Positions 42,562 through 43,642 of a DNA stretch of 43,642 nt are shown here, piece after piece. A program made the position numbers and the translations under genes. The first letter of the stretch is position 1. Each line of letters begins with the position of its first letter. The notes below the pieces were generated by a model. It saw only the letters and a list, made by a program, of their open reading frames with translations. It did no database searches and was not told the origin of the DNA. Source of the DNA: an uncultured bacterium (lineage in GTDB: Bacteria; Myxococcota_A; Polyangia; Polyangiales; Houyiibacteriaceae); contig CALLDH010000114.1 of the NCBI GenBank assembly GCA_937998345.1, forward strand, positions 1-43,642. The letters are read 5' to 3'.

Positions 42562-43642
42562 ATGGGCGCTTACGTTCCGTTGTGGGTCAAAAGCAATCAC
42601 AGCTTTTTGGAAGGCGCCTCCTTTCCCGAAGAGCTCGTCGAGCGTGCACATGCGCTTGGTCTTCCCGCCGTTGCCATCACAGACCGTGATGGAGTCTACG
42701 GCTTGGTGCGCGCGCACATGCGAGCCAAAGAGCTCGGTATCCGCATCGTAATCGGCGCACAACTCACGGTCGACATCGGAGGGAGTGCGCATCACCTCGT
42801 TGCGCTCGCCAAGACTCGGCGTGGCTACGCCGACCTGTGCAGAGCCTTGTCACTGGGGCACGCTCGATGCGAGAAGGGTGTTTCGCTCATCCATGCGGGC
42901 GACCTCGAACAGGTACGCGATGTATTCTTTCTCTGTGCAACATCAGCAACGTTGCGAATGTTGCATGCGAGTCACGGGCCTTCGTCGTTGTTTGCTCTTT
43001 GTGCGCGTCATCTCATCGACCTCGAGAAGCCACGCGAAAGAGCCTTGCGGTCTGCCGCGAAAGAGCTCGGCGTAAAGACAGTTGGCACCAACGAAGTTCT
43101 CTATCACGATAAGCTCCGCCGCCCGCTTCAGGACATTTTAGCCTGTATTCGCGGGGGGAAAGTCCTCTCGGAGGCCGGTCATACGATCTGCGCAAATGCA
43201 GAGCACGACCTCAAATCCACTGGCGAAATCGAGCATCTGTTTGCAGACGACCTCGCAGGCCTTCGTCGCACCCTCGAAATTGCAGAGCAGTGCGTGTTCA
43301 GTCTCGATGACCTTCGTTATCGATACCCGGAAGAGCATCTTCCCTCCGGGCGAACCGAACAGGGCTGGTTGCAAGAGCTCACCTTGCAAGGCGCGCGAAC
43401 GCGTTACCAAGGGAAGGTGCCTGCTGACGTTCGCGCACAGCTCGAACGCGAGCTTCGGATCATCCGTAAGCTCGACTACGGAGGTTACTTCCTCACGATG
43501 TACGAGATTGTCCAGTACTGCCGTGAACAGGAGATCCTATGTCAAGGCCGTGGCAGCGCCGCCAACAGCGCAGTGTGTTTTTGTTTGGGCATCACCGCAA
43601 TCGATCCCGTGCGCATGGACCTCTTGTTCGAACGCTTCTTGA
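42562..43642 (+). CDS. dnaE2: error-prone DNA polymerase III alpha-like subunit DnaE2 (5' part; continues beyond the window)
   Basis: This frame is not in the ORF track because it has no stop inside the window. My own translation of frame 1 from the ATG at 42562 is open to the end. It reads MGAYVPLWVKSNHSFLEGASFPEELVERAHALGLPAVAITDRDGVYG (PHP domain) ... GRGSAANSAVCFCLGITAIDPVRMDLLFERFL. Confidence 0.9.
   Translation, partial: MGAYVPLWVKSNHSFLEGASFPEELVERAHALGLPAVAITDRDGVYGLVRAHMRAKELGIRIVIGAQLTVDIGGSAHHLVALAKTRRGYADLCRALSLGHARCEKGVSLIHAGDLEQVRDVFFLCATSATLRMLHASHGPSSLFALCARHLIDLEKPRERALRSAAKELGVKTVGTNEVLYHDKLRRPLQDILACIRGGKVLSEAGHTICANAEHDLKSTGEIEHLFADDLAGLRRTLEIAEQCVFSLDDLRYRYPEEHLPSGRTEQGWLQELTLQGARTRYQGKVPADVRAQLERELRIIRKLDYGGYFLTMYEIVQYCREQEILCQGRGSAANSAVCFCLGITAIDPVRMDLLFERFL

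Noticed and set aside
1-43642. Looked for CRISPR arrays, tRNA/rRNA genes, transposases, integrases, phage genes, toxin-antitoxin pairs and known defence-system signatures
   Set aside because: Intergenic gaps are all 220 bp or shorter, and none shows a tRNA cloverleaf-like acceptor/T-arm pattern or spaced direct repeats. No translated ORF shows DDE/tyrosine-recombinase, nuclease-helicase or capsid-like motifs. The absence call is by eye only; tRNAscan/Infernal/PADLOC-type scans would be the proper check.

Overview
Densely coding, GC-rich chromosomal segment. My hand counts of single 60-nt lines give about 60-72% G+C over most of the window and about 48-58% in the last ~4 kb. Gene content (mevalonate pathway, imuA-imuB-dnaE2 cassette, Cys-rich lipoprotein) and the LexA-box flavour suggest a myxobacterium-like deltaproteobacterium; this is inference only. 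I support about 36 protein genes. I saw no rRNA, tRNA, CRISPR array, transposase or integrase. All family calls come from motifs read in the supplied translations; no searches were run.

Layout:
- 1-11.1 kb: cytochrome c peroxidase tail, murB, serS, a metallophosphoesterase, a natAB-like ABC exporter, then a minus-strand operon lipA / 2-oxoacid dehydrogenase E1a, E1b, E2 / mutY.
- 11.3 kb: TetR regulator with a palindromic operator candidate.
- 12.05-21.8 kb: a five-gene, translationally coupled ion-transport operon. It runs CPA2-like antiporter, trkA, trkH, a 1,504-aa CPA2 + helical + P-loop ATPase + wHTH fusion, then an MscS-like channel.
- 21.8-27.1 kb: mevalonate/isoprenoid cluster (idi type 2, prenyl synthase, mvk, mvaD, pmk).
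- 27.1-33.4 kb: gshB/ggt, a PP2C phosphatase + SRPBCC pair, and an Slt-like lytic transglycosylase.
- 33.4-36.6 kb: Cys-rich lipoprotein, orphan DppBC-like permeases, Fpg/Nei.
- 36.7-40.3 kb: TLC-like transporter fused to HEAT repeats, plus a tandem degenerate cNMP-domain protein.
- 40.3-43.6 kb: a long inverted repeat, a LexA box and imuA-imuB-dnaE2 (truncated by the window end).

Best candidates for something undescribed are the giant membrane-anchored antiporter-ATPase fusion with its operon, and the TLC-HEAT/cNMP pair.
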